62,000 bases of DNA from Wallemia ichthyophaga EXF-994 (Eukaryota > Fungi > Basidiomycota): the NCBI RefSeq assembly GCF_000400465.1, contig NW_008806291.1, positions 1 to 62,000 on the forward strand, in the 5' to 3' direction. The notes under the pieces were generated by a model. The model was not told the DNA's origin. It saw nothing but the letters and a program-made list of their open reading frames with translations, and ran no database searches. The translations under genes and the position numbers were made by a program. Positions within the stretch are counted from its first letter, which is position 1. Each line of letters starts with the position of its first letter. Shown here one piece after another: positions 11,274 to 23,571 of this stretch.

Positions 11274-13312
11274 TCAAAAATGTGTCAATGCATCAACTGC
11301 TATTATTCCGTCCGCGTCTAAGTAGGGATATCTCGATGTTTGTCAGATTTGTCTTAGAATGTAAAACACCCAACTCACCCCCATTTTACCAAAAATTCCA
11401 TCACGCCATGATTCAGCCTCTGTTTGGAAGCCCCTCGTAAAGGATCCTGCGTGCCGGTGTGCTTTGACTCGCCGACAAGGACGAAGGCCGTGCCGAGGAA
11501 GTGTTCTTTTTCTAACGCCAGCAGAAACTCTTCGAGCACCTCTACGCCTTCATTTGAATGCAAGCCGTGTAGATCGAGTACAGCCTCCATACGTTCATCG
11601 CCGCTAACGAGACCATCTCGCCCACTCATACCGAGCAATACACCGAGACTATTCCCGCAAGCCTTTCCTCTACTCCGTCTGCCAACTTCATCTCCTTCGT
11701 ATCCAGCTGTGCCAGCGCCTTGCACGAGCGCGTCTTGAATAGCCTTCCTCCTCTCCTTGACCAGCTTCGACGCGGCTTGGGCGTTCTCAACCGACATTTG
11801 TTCATTCATGGTCTGCGCCTCTTTCGAAAAGAGCTTAGCCGCACCACCGTCGCCTTTGCGGTAGGCGTCTGCGGCTTTCGAGAGGAGGGAGTTACGCGCA
11901 GTGCCGAGGGAGATGGATGTGTTGCGGTAGGTCATGTAGAGAGCGTTAAGGGTAGATCCCGTCGGCAGGGTGGGGAGGAGGGTTGGAGCGCGCAATTTGA
12001 TGCGCGGCGACGAGCGGGGTGTTTGAGAGGTAGAATTGAGGTTACTAGTGCGAGTGTTTTTCTTTCCACCATTCACACTTCCACTCCCACTCCCACTCAC
12101 CTTGCTCTTGTGCATCTGTGGCGGATTCACCTTGACTGCCGTCGACCAGCGTGGCGTGTATGGCTTGCGCTGCGCATTGTCTCGCGCGTTGTGTAGGTTA
12201 GGAAAGGCATCCTCGACAGACTGTACCTGCGCATGCTCCTCTCTCTCTTGTTGAGCGAGTATGTTCGCATTCGTCTCGAACATGCTCGTCAGCGTCGACT
12301 CTACATCCTGCACAGGCGGGAGCTGGTGAAGGAAATCACAGTTCTGCTTAATGCAGTTGCCTCTCAGCCAGAAACGACAAAGGGCGCGCTCAATGTCGTG
12401 CGAGAATCGACAGTCTGATCGCCTGCACTCGCCGGCAAGGTAGTAACGACATACCCTTCCGCCAGCGGGATTCTGATGACGTTGAGAAAGATTGTTGGGA
12501 GGTGCTTGGGATTGAGCGAGTGAACGCTTTTCTGATAGCTCATTAAGCGTGAGCTCAAAATCGAAGCTGTTTCCGGTGAGAGTTGATTCTAATTCGTCGA
12601 GAGAGACTCCGGAAGGAGCGAAAATGGACCAGAGAACGTCTAGAGGAGTCATACCGCTTCCTAAATCGAGAGTGGGGTCGTATTCGTCAGGTTGAGGGTG
12701 ATTTGCTTGGTTTTTCGAGTCTACGTTCAACTCGCTAGTACCGCCTGGTGGCTTAAACTCAGCAGCGCGTTTGTTGAGTGGACGGGGACTAGCCAAAGGA
12801 GAGCTAGGCTGACTACCGACAGCTGGAGGAAGAAAAGACTGCATCTGAGCATTGGACAATGATGGGGAGAGTACTAGCGGTGTAACTCTCCCGAAAGTCG
12901 GCGTTGTCGGTGCCTGCGTCGGTGTCCATGGACGGGAGGAAGGGCGCGATACAGGTCGAGAAGGAGTGCGCTTTTGAGTGAATGGTGCGCCTGTGAGGTC
13001 ATCCTTGTGTGCGTGCATAAGCTGCAGTATTTCCTCATCCGTAGGAGTTCTGCCAATCAAAGAGGCTAGATTTGATCGCAGCGAGATTTCCTTTTCCTCG
13101 AAATCCTTGTCTTCGTTGTCGAGGTGATTTATTAAGGTGTTTGTTATTCCTTCTGTATCGACGCTGGCATCCGCTAGCTTGGGCGTTGATGGCATTGAGG
13201 GCGTTGGGGATGCTGCAGATGCTACAGACGCTGTAGACGCTGCAGAGGCCACAGAGAATTTCTGCAGCGTCGACAAATAGCTCTTAGTGTGAAGATAAAT
13301 ATTAGTGGACAT
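11274..13312 (-). CDS. CCCH zinc-finger and Smr-domain protein
   Basis: Two CCCH fingers (CRYYLAGECRRSDCRFSH; CRFWLRGNCIKQNCDFLH), DUF1771-like helix (LLSKAADAYRKGD), Smr domain (LDLHGLHSNEG..VGESKHTG). Last exon after intron gives YPYLDADGIIAVDALTHF*. Confidence 0.88.
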
Positions 13313-13347
13313 GAGCGTTGGTAGATACAAGTCGATGATGTAAATTT

Positions 13348-14686
13348 CTAAAATAATTTTAAATTTCCAATTGGCTGGGATGCTGGTTGAGATACATCTG
13401 CATCACGACCCATTAGACTAGAGAATAGTTCACTAATCTGTGAATCTGGCCAGGCTTCTTTAGATGGTGGTATGGGTACCATGAAATTTTGCAGTTTGTC
13501 GTGGACATTGTATCTAATTCGGATAAGATGGGGTGTACACTGTTAAACGCATCTCACTTACTTGATCTTTCTCCCTTTCGTTGCCCTCGTATCGATATCC
13601 TTTTTTACTTTATTTTTGTTGGGTTTGAGTGGTTGCTCTGGGTTGGCTTCACCTGTTTTGCTTTCTATTATCTCCTTCAAGAGTGTTTGGTAAAAGTCAC
13701 CATCATCAAACACTTCAGCCTCAAATTGACCAGTTGTGGCGTTGTTTCCCCTTCTAACACCAACTCTACTTCTCAGTTTGGGTAATTCTCGCATAACATC
13801 CTCCACTTGCGACCAAGCATCTTTGCTCACTGCAGAGAAACCTTTAGTTGAAGCGAGAGATACTTTATTGGATGTTGTTTTGAGTGTGTCGATCAGGTGA
13901 GGCTCGTAGCTGTTTGCTAAATTAAAAGAATCTTGTGCAGCTTGTTGGGGATATTCTTTGATAGTAGAATCATTGGAAATAATAGTATCATCCAATCGCA
14001 CTCTTTTACGTGGTGGAATCGACGTATTTGAGTCATATTTGATAAATTTTTCACGTATACTAAACAAACTCTCAGTGAGCTCATTTAGGGAGGACAGAGT
14101 TGATTGAATATCATCTTCATTTCCGGTAACAAAGTCATTATCTTCATCTGCGCAAATGACATTAACTTGATTTACAGCTTTCTGTATACCAATACGCATT
14201 TCGAGTAGCTTATCGTATGCTTGTAATTGAGCAATAACAGCAAGACCACGCTGTTTATCGAGGTTTTGAGAGTATTGGAGGGATTCTTGGAGGGATTCTT
14301 GTGGGTCCTGGTGTTCCTGGGAGTCGTGAGCATCGTGAGCATCGTGAGCATCATGGGCGTTGTTATCCGAGCCAATGTTATCGTCATCTGAGTCTGGATT
14401 ATCATCATCGTCGTCGCTTTCAACGATACCAAAAGGCTGCGATTGCTGTTGCTGTTCATCCTCATCATCCTCATCACCCTCATCGGGTAAAGCACTCTTC
14501 GCAGTCATGAAGCTCTGATCAATGTCATCGTCGTCATCACTATCACTGTGATTACCAAAGATGTGATTTCTAGAAGATTTGTTGCCAGAGTATTTGATAT
14601 CATCTAGCTGTGGGTGGTTTCTAAGTGTAGATCCTTGTAAGCGTGTGCACTCCACTCGAAAACTAAGCAACTAACTTTAATGACAT
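13348..14686 (-). CDS. BFR2: BFR2/AATF nucleolar ribosome-biogenesis protein
   Basis: FDDGDFYQTLLKEII and IDTRATKGRKIK|YNVHDKLQNFM TRAUB motifs; acidic N-terminus. Start model (ATG 14686 plus 55-nt intron) is tentative. Confidence 0.88.
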
Positions 14687-14709
14687 ATAAATTTATATCT
14701 ATCTCTTTA

Positions 14710-15786
14710 ATGATGACCGACGAGGATCAAGGGATTAAATTTGGCGTTGAAAGTGGGATTGCTGGGGAGACTAAGAATATTATAGAGGACACTTGGAATA
14801 TAATAGACGAAAATTCAGATATTCAAGGGAATCGAGAAAACACTTCAAATTCACCAAAAGAACCAGAAGGATTTGCTTTGATTGAAGATTGGGATGGTTC
14901 TTTGATATTTGGTCATATCGACGAAGACAGACATTTGAATGATCTAATGGTTGATATTGGCGGTGTAAATGAGGTGGTTGATGAGGATGATCGCGATGAC
15001 GACGAGGATGACGACGACGACGACGACGGCGACACCGCCCATACGCCCACTGGATACACCACGGATGAAGACATACCCAGTCTCCCTCAAGGTGTAGCTG
15101 CGATACAAGCAACTCAATTCACTCCAACACCCACACCTACACCTTCTAGCCCGATTAAAGAAGGACGTAAACCACAAATGGGTCATTTCCATAATCCCTT
15201 AATCGGCGATATCCATAGAGTGGCTAGAGAGGGCGTTCCCCTCGCTCGATTTACCAACACACACAACCAAACAAACGGTAATTCAATCATTATCGACCAT
15301 AAGCACAAGCCAGTGCCTTCTCCTTACTCAGATTTCTATTTGGTGGGCAATCAACGACGGTGTACGCGTGAGGACAGTGAAAGTGAATCGCCAGTGAGGA
15401 GTACAATCCCCCAGCAACCACTATCCCTAGATGATGTCATTGACACTTCAACGCTCAGTGATACGCCTTTAGAAATAGCAGATTCATCTGCGCATACTCA
15501 ACACACTCGCTGGGATAGAATTCCTATTGGTGCTTTCTCCATGTCCCAAAGTGATTTCAACGATAAAGGTGTAAATCCAACTCACCCGCACCTTATAGCG
15601 TCTGCGAGGAGCAGCAAATCAAACAGCCCGCACAACCCCCCAAAACATCGCAAATCTCGCCCTAAACAGCCCTCACCACTTGTGTTCCCTAGTGATGGCA
15701 GCGGTCAGGGCCACTACGCAACGCCACAATCAACGCGCAGGAAGGGCAAGAGTAGAGAGGCCACGATTAACCAATTAGACATATAG
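14710..15786 (+). CDS. Hypothetical acidic, disordered protein
   Basis: 368-codon open frame with D/E tracts and a short [10 protein letters not shown] segment; no recognisable domain. Confidence 0.65.
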   Translation: MMTDEDQGIKFGVESGIAGETKNIIEDTWNIIDENSDIQGNRENTSNSPKEPEGFALIEDWDGSLIFGHIDEDRHLNDLMVDIGGVNEVVDEDDRDDDEDDDDDDDGDTAHTPTGYTTDEDIPSLPQGVAAIQATQFTPTPTPTPSSPIKEGRKPQMGHFHNPLIGDIHRVAREGVPLARFTNTHNQTNGNSIIIDHKHKPVPSPYSDFYLVGNQRRCTREDSESESPVRSTIPQQPLSLDDVIDTSTLSDTPLEIADSSAHTQHTRWDRIPIGAFSMSQSDFNDKGVNPTHPHLIASARSSKSNSPHNPPKHRKSRPKQPSPLVFPSDGSGQGHYATPQSTRRKGKSREATINQLDI

Positions 15787-15895
15787 ACTGTGTATGACTT
15801 GTACGAGTATATTTATTTTTTACGATTATTTTTTCAACTCGGCCTCAGCCAATCGCGGCTTCTCAATAACTACGAGCACACAAGCCACAAGCCAA

Positions 15896-16620
15896 ATGAT
15901 TACGAGGGGCGTAAACAGAGTAGCAAGTAATTTAAAATACAGCGGTGTTCTTAACCTCGGTGGCATTAGGGGATTCGCCACTCCACAGACAGGACCTCAC
16001 GTTGTAGCCTCCCAAGCACCAGGCAACAACACCAAAGCAGCGGCAGTGAAGCACCATGCTCAAAGACCTGGAAGTGCGCTGGATAAGGCCAGTGAGCTGT
16101 TTTTCTTTACGGAGATATTGAGGGGTATGTGGGTAGTAGCTGAGCAAGCGTTCAAGCCACCGTACACCATCATGTACCCATTCGAGAAGTCTCCTCTGTC
16201 GCCACGGTTCAGAGGCGAGCACGCTCTCAGACGCTATCCTACGGGTGAGGAGAGGTGTATTGCGTGTAAGCTGTGCGAGGCTATTTGCCCAGCTTCTGCA
16301 ATCACCATCGAGAGCGAGGCGAGAGACGACGGTGCGCGTAGAACGACGCGTTACGATATCGACATGACCAAGTGTATCTACTGTGGCTACTGTCAGGAGG
16401 TGTGTATTGCTGTTTTGGGTTTTTCCCCGTTTTTTTCACTCGCTGACACAACAATCTTCAGGCCTGCCCAGTCGACGCTATTGTCGAGACACAGAACGCA
16501 GAATACTCAACTGAAACCCGTGAAGAACTTCTCTACAACAAGGAGAAACTCCTCGCTAACGGTGACAGAGCGGAGGCTGAGATCGCTGCAAACATTGTCG
16601 CTGACCACCCATACCGCTGA
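15896..16620 (+). CDS. NDUFS8: NADH:ubiquinone oxidoreductase 23 kDa Fe-S subunit (TYKY)
   Basis: [29 protein letters not shown] and CIYCGYCQE|ACPVDAIVE (two 4Fe-4S motifs); one intron at ~16400-16460. Confidence 0.97.
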
Positions 16621-16708
16621 ATGAATCAAATAATACATGTACATATTCAAATCCATTTTCTCATTTTCACGTACCTGATTCTTGCATTGCCATTGCTCCC
16701 GAACCACC

Positions 16709-17471
16709 ATGGCACACGCACGCAACACGAGCACACACTCACACTCACATTCACACTCGCTTTCACACATTATGCGCGAGAACAGCCTCCCAGAAGAACC
16801 AATTGGTTTGGCAGCGGATAGGATTGATGTGGGTTGGCTGGCCACTAGAGGCGGCGCACGCTAACGCAGATTTAAACCCAGGAAGGAGCCGGCAACGCAC
16901 AGACACGCCCCGGAGACGATTTCAGACTCGCAGGCGCTTTCGATATCCCGCCCGTTTACGAGGAGCGCCATGGGAGGTCGCATAGCAGGGCTAACTCGGG
17001 GGCACACGCCGAGGGACACAGGAGAAGGAGCTGCAGCCATGGACATGCCCGCAGTCGTTCGAGGCATGCATATGAGCGCGATTTGGAGCGTGGACAGGAG
17101 GTACAGCAGCAGCAGGATCAGACACCGGAGCAGAACACACAAAACACTCAAAACACACAAAACACACAAAACACTCACTCCCACAATACCACACGCAACA
17201 CCCCCTCCACCCAGCAAACCACCAAACACCTCCCAGAACTCAGCTACCACCCCCACAAGGCTAGACCACAGATTCCCAATAGAGCTTCTAGCAACGAACG
17301 CCGGCGTAGCCAGCCTATAGGCCTGGGCTCGGACAGGATTAATGTGAGTGCTGTTGTGTGCTGTTGCTGCCCCACTCACTCACCACTCACCCACCACAGG
17401 AAGGCGGAGACGCGACGGACAACAAAGTCGCCGGCCATACGTATTCCTTCTCGACAGACGGGGGAAAATGA
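16709..17471 (+). CDS. Hypothetical ~217-aa hydrophilic protein with a duplicated PIGLxxDRIx|EG motif (3 exons)
   Basis: Exons 16709-16828, 16882-17343, 17400-17471 keep frame; introns gtgggt..gctaac..cccag (53 nt) and gtgagt..cacag (56 nt). Confidence 0.7.
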
Positions 17472-17604
17472 GTTGTGACGTTTGAATCGTTTGAATCGTT
17501 TACCGTCTATTGTTTGTGTGCTCGACAGACGCCAGCAACTCAAGTGTAACAATAACACTAAAGAATCTATGTATTGTGCCCTATACTCCACTCTACACTC
17601 CCAC

Positions 17605-19365
17605 CTACTGCCTACGCCTGTAATGCAATCTCGAGCCTGGCTGGGGAAGGACGATCATGCTAGTGTAGTCCTGCGCAGGCACACCGCCCCTGCTTTCAAA
17701 CGTCAACTCCCTCACCAGCGTGGCGATGATAGTCGACAGCTGAACGTAAGCGAATTGTTCACCGATGCACCTGTGTCTCCCTGCGCCGAATGGCTGATAA
17801 GGCGAGCTAGTGCCTTTGGAGATAGCGCCGAAGCCGTAATCCACCGTCTCTCCTTTATCGTCTTTCTCCGCGAGCTCCTTCTCGCTACTATGAGTGGTCC
17901 ATCTCGAAGGGGAGAAAGCTTCTGCGTCGCTCCAAAGCAAAGGGTCGACAGCGCTAACGCCTGGGCACGCAACGACGTAGTGTCCTTGCGGTATGACATA
18001 AGCGTCCTGCTCCGATGGTGCACTAAGAGACGTAGGGACGGGGATATCAGTGCGCACCTTGCGCAAAATTGAGTGAATGGGCGGATGAAGTCGGAGTGTC
18101 TCGCGGATGACACTGTCGAGAATACTGCACGAGCGCAGTCCATCGAGCGTGAGAGGCGCGAGTGTACCATCGTCGCGACCAAACTGTCTTACTTGCTCGT
18201 CGTACACTGCCTCCACTACATCCGGTTGCGCACCTAGGTGGAAAAGAGCCCAGCTACTCGTCGCTGATGATGTGTGCTGACCCGCCATTAACAGCGCTAT
18301 CATTATATGCGCAATTTCCCGGTCATTCAATGCGCGTCCATCCTTATATGTGCATTCCATCAAAGAGGCTATCATATCGTGCTCATGGCTGCCGTCAGCA
18401 CGGCGACGACGTATAATGTCTCCATAGAAATCCGACATCTTCTGCTGGGCAACGTCGCGACGTCGATATGAGGGTAGTGGGAGATTCGGGAACATGAACT
18501 GGTGGGAGATAGGAATTAGATTAGCGACCGATAAGCCCTGTGTTGAAACTCACATTCAACGGCGTAAAGCCTCCGTCGAGGTCGTGGTACATATCGGCAA
18601 ACGACTTGTCGAGCCCATCGCGCACCTCTTTGCCCTGCAGAGTGCGACTGGCAGTGAGAATGGTAAGCTCAGACATGGCTTGAAAGCAATGGAAATCGCC
18701 AACGCGGTTTTCGCGTGATTGATACGCTTCGAAAGCCGCGTCGCGGTTAAGGAACTGCATGGTCTCGTCTGCGATCATCTCGACGTACATCTTGAGATTC
18801 TCAGCAGATAGACCTGATTTGACAAACTTCTTCTGCTCCATCAGGACGCTGTTTGGGACATCATACACGACGTCTTTTCCGAAGCTGAAGGCGTGAGGCG
18901 TGGCTGTGAGCTGGTGTTCGAGCAAAGCAAAACACTCACACCGGGGTCGTTAGGTGCGTGTACGCGTCCTCTGCGCTGACCTGGCTCAACTTGCCGTTGA
19001 GAATAAGGTCGTTGCCGCGCGGGCCGAGCGCAACAGTCATCCTGCGACCGAGGAGGATAAAGGTGAATACTGGGCCGTATTTGGCGCGGTTGGTGAACAT
19101 GAATTTGTAGGGATCCATCCCGTAGCTGATTGTACTGCCGATGAAGGGGACCATGTGGAAGACTAGGGGCGGGGAGTTGCGTGATTTGAATGGGGGCTTT
19201 GGCGGTTGTTAGTGGTTTGTAGTAAATAGGCCGATGCTTGCTCACCAGCTGGCTGAGTACATTGACAACTATCGCTAGCAGGACAAAAGCAATTCCACCC
19301 AATAAATACTGGGGCAGAGTGCTCATGGAGGTGTATCCAGATATCAACGATTGAACACAGGGCAT
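17605..19365 (-). CDS. CYP51: Sterol 14-alpha-demethylase (cytochrome P450 51)
   Basis: [49 protein letters not shown]; at least 3 introns. Start may be 19326. Confidence 0.97.
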
Positions 19366-19945
19366 TTCAACTAATATCGTCGTCGTCGTTGGCTCAAACG
19401 GGCTAATGGCTGTAAGGGGCGAGAAGACATCAGGTCATTTTATAAAGTCGTCTGATATGAGCTATAGGGATATCATCGTGATGCTGCAAACGAGCTGGTT
19501 ATTTTGGTGCTACTTTTAGGTCTCTACGGATGGTATTTGTGTTGCAGGTTTGTTGACGGTGTATCTCCACAATGGAGGGAGATGGGAGCACGGGGATTGG
19601 TGTGTGGTATACTCCCCTTAGCACCAGCGCCCCCTCCAAATCTCAGCTACTTTTGAGCATTTCACCCAAATTCACCGCCAAGCCTGCTCCGTCGCCGATC
19701 AGTCATTGACGGGTGACAGAATATTAAAAGCGTGAGAATCCTTGTTTATCAATTACATCCATCATCTAATTGGGTTAAATTGAATTCATTTCGTAGGTGG
19801 CGCTGGCTGCGGCTGTGCCTGGGCTGTGTTTGTTTGTTGATCGCTGGCTGACACAGACGCAGGTTTTTCTCAGCACTCGTTTTTTCAACACTGTCAGTCA
19901 GCTCGGCTCAACTGCATCCGCTCACCCACTCCAACACAGCCCCAA

Positions 19946-20994
19946 ATGTTCAACACTCTTGCCATCGCTCTCGCCACAACAGCCACGGCTTGGCCACTCC
20001 TCTCCTCCAGACAGGACCAGGGATCAGCAGCTGTATTCAACTGCAGCCACGACTTTGCTTTGACGTACGATGATGGTCGTTGCTCTCTCTCTCTCTCTCT
20101 CTTGCTCTTCTCACTACCCAATCAGGCCCTTACATCTACGGTAACGAGCTCACCGATTACTTCTCTAATGCTGGTCATCTATACGTCAGTTGCTCTGCTT
20201 AAATTGTGAAATTTCTCATGAAAATTTTCACAGACGAGATTCATCAACGGAAACAACTGGAGATGCATCTACGACGAGGATATGGTACAGTCTATTCAGT
20301 ACTCGCACTCCAAGGGCCATCTCATCGGTTCACATGGCTGGTCTCATGCCTCTTTCAACGACATTACAAGAGAGCAACTCGACAGCGAGATTGAGCAGGT
20401 AGATGAAGCTCTCATGAAGATTATCGGCGTCACAACCAAATACGTCAGACCACCATACGGGAGTTGCGATGCGGGTGAATATTTTCAGTACCCCAACACA
20501 GACCCACGTTGCTAACAAACAAGACGCAGGCTGCGTGGATTACCTGCAGAACACCAAAGGAAAGACAGTCGTACAATGGTCTGATGACAGTGGTGTGTGG
20601 AGTGTAGGTGCTACATGGTGGACATACTAACACACATCCCTCAGGTGACTCAGCAGGTGCCAGTTCAGATCAGGTGATCAACTCGATCCAGAAATGGGCT
20701 AATGATGGTGCCCCTCATCTCGTTCTCGACCATGAAGTCCACCAATCTTCTGTGGGTGTGGGATTGTAGGAACGTGAAATGTCTAACAATATTCTACAGG
20801 TGGAAACAGTGGTTCCTGCTATAATGCCTTTCTTCGATGGTCGCGTGCTCACTACAGTGGCACAATGTATCGACGACGCCTCGTACCTTCAAACGGGCAG
20901 TTTGGGTGTCAGAGATGAGACATGGACTTGTTCCGATAAACCAACTATCAAGGCTACGCCGGGATCGAACCCAGATGCTAGTGGTGGTTATTAA
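19946..20994 (+). CDS. Secreted CE4 polysaccharide (chitin) deacetylase, paralog 2 (~6 exons)
   Basis: Signal peptide; TYDDG|P, HGWSH, RPPYG, DSGDS, LDHE; C-terminal RDETWTC. Confidence 0.9.
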
Positions 20995-21630
20995 AAGGGA
21001 GATGCTGCTTACTTGGACGAAAGTCAGACTGACTTCCGCAACTAACACATGACAATGGACATGAACACTTTCTTTTCATCTCTTTTATCAAACAATCACA
21101 CTAGTCATAGCTACTTGGTTATTGTACCTCGTTAATGGATTTGCTTGACTAACCCTTATTAGTCGGGTGTCTTGCCTTTTCTTGGCGTGTATATCGGATG
21201 TATATCGGTGTGTGTATTGGAGTTATGGTTTATTGTTCACGTGCCGTATCACAACTACCCGCTTTGAATGGACATAGTCAACATACGTCATTTTCATCCA
21301 GCTCAAACCTTGCAGTTGTAGCTGTAAGTGGACTTGAGTGGAGTTGAGTGGTATATACGCATCCCAAATTCACCAACTATTCCACCACGTAAACCTCGCA
21401 AACAACAAATAGAACTTCAACGGCCGATGTTCATTAGTCCACCAAGATCGGAACAAGCAGCAGCACATGTAAGAGGAATCCCCGACGCCATCTGAATTCT
21501 TTTAGCGCTATTAAAATTCACTTGACGAATTACATCGCTTCTTTCTCTGCTACCATCAACTTCAGTGCGTCTTCTTCTCGGCACGAGCGGTTAACGAGGA
21601 AGCGAGCAAAATTGACGAATTCACAATAGA

Positions 21631-23375
21631 ATGGCATCAATCAAACAAGCAACCGTTGCACAGCTCCGTGGTATGGCTCCTGCGTCCGTCATTCACGGCG
21701 GCGTCGACAGCGTCCAGCGTGCACTTGCGCAGCTCAAGTGGGTTGCAAGGAGTGTAGAGAGAAAATATACTCAATCTCACGCGCAAACAGCTCAAAGGAC
21801 ACGCCTATCGAGAAGTACATATATCTTTCGCAGCTCAGAGGCACTGCCAAGGATACTTTCTACCGGTAAGCCACCCCCACATCGCAAACAAACACAACTC
21901 ATAAATTAAAAACCCACATTAGCTTGCTGATTGATAACATAATCGATATTTGTCCATATGTTTATACCCCAACCGTAGGAGCAGCTTGTCAACTCTACTC
22001 AACTATATACCGCAAGCCAGACGCTCTCTACCTCAGCTACAACGATCGCGGAAACCTCGCTGAGATCATGTCTAACTGGCCACAGCACGGCATTCGAATC
22101 GCTGTTGTGAGCGACGGCAGTCGCATTCTCGGCCTTGGCGATCTCGGCATTGGTGGCTGCCAGATCGCCGTCGGCAAGCTTACCCTTTATGTCGGTGGTG
22201 CTGGTATCAAACCAGACAGCACTCTCCCCATCATTCTTGACATGGGTACTAACAATGAAACTCTCCTCAACGACCCCCTCTATCTCGGTCTCAGGATGAA
22301 GAGAGTTTATGACGACGCCTTTCTCGATGAATTTTACGCTGCCGTCAGAACTACCTTCCCAGATTGCCTCATTCAGTTTGAGGACTTTTCTTCAGAGTCT
22401 GCCTTCAAGTACTTGGACAGGTACAGGCACAAGGAGTCGCTCATTCAAGCTCCTTCTGCGCCATCTGGCCAGCTGCACACAGGAAAGTGCTTCAACGATG
22501 ACATCCAGGGTACCGGTGCTGTGATCCTTGCCGGCTTCATCAACGCCGTCAAGCTCGCTTCCGCGGCGTCTGGCCGACCAATCCTCGACCAACGCATTGT
22601 TTTCCTCGGTGCAGGCAGTGCTGGTGTGGGTGTCGCGATGCAGCTTGTTGAGTTTTTCACCAGGAATGGATTTACAGAGGAAGAAGCCAAGCAGAAGTTC
22701 TACTTAGTTGACAGCAAGGGGTTAGTGACTGACGACCGCGGCGACAACCTCCCAGCACACAAGCGTGCACTCTCCCGCAAAGCTGGTGGACCGCAATTCA
22801 AGACGCTAGAAGAGGTAGTCGAGCATGTTCGTCCGAGTGCCCTCATCGGTTTGTCGACAGTCGGCGGAGCATTTAGTGAGAAGATAGTGCGTATGATGGG
22901 TTCGTTCAAGGCTCGTCCAATCATTTTCCCTCTCTCGAACCCATCCCATCTGTCCGAGTGCACGTTTGAAGATGCGATCAAGTGGACGAACGGTAGAGTG
23001 ATTTTTGCCAGTGGCTCCCCATTCAAGGCCGTCGAACACGGTGGTAGTACGTATGAGAGCAACCAGGGTAATAACTTCCTCAGCTTCCCTGGTATCGGAT
23101 TGGGTTGTATCGTCGCTAAAGCTAACGAGGTGAACGATGATATGGTCTACGAATCGGCTCTCGCTCTCGCTGATTCTCTCGATGATAGTGAGATAAACAC
23201 CCTCCTCTATCCACGTCTTCATCGTATTAGAGATATCTCAGCTACTATAGCGGCAAGAGTCGCCAAGGCGGCCGTTAGGACTGGCGCAGCGGAGAATAGC
23301 AAGCTAGGCGGGATGGCTGATACAGACCTTCTCGCTTATATCAAATCTAAGCAGTATGATCCAACACCATGTTAG
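21631..23375 (+). CDS. Malic enzyme (malate dehydrogenase, decarboxylating)
   Basis: YTPTVG, SDGSRILGLGDLG, IQFEDF, FNDDIQGTG, GAGSAG, LSNP; two 5-prime introns; VDSKG suggests NADP preference. Confidence 0.95.
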
Positions 23376-23571
23376 TTTGGTTTTTTTCACTTTTTGTATC
23401 AGCTTTGTTTCACTCTATTCACATGTTTCACATTTTTCACCCCTATCACTCTCATAACTCTGATATAAAGACATTTATATGCGTAATTGACAATGTAATT
23501 GGATTGCAACGATTGTTGTTGTGGTTGATGGCGTTTAATAATAAATAGCATGAAAACCTTTACTACCTCCA

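Noticed and set aside
16861-17379. 172-aa minus-strand ORF with a hydrophobic VLC repeat, resembling a membrane protein
   Set aside because: It is the antisense shadow of the plus-strand gene; the hydrophobic stretch is the complement of the NTQ repeat, and the plus strand has canonical introns.
19472-19482. ATCATCGTGAT as a sterol-regulatory element upstream of CYP51
   Set aside because: Single imperfect match; not distinguishable from chance without comparative data.
22420-22485. Intron explanation for the malic enzyme insertion
   Set aside because: The GT-AG pairs tested (62, 47 and 37 nt) would shift the frame.
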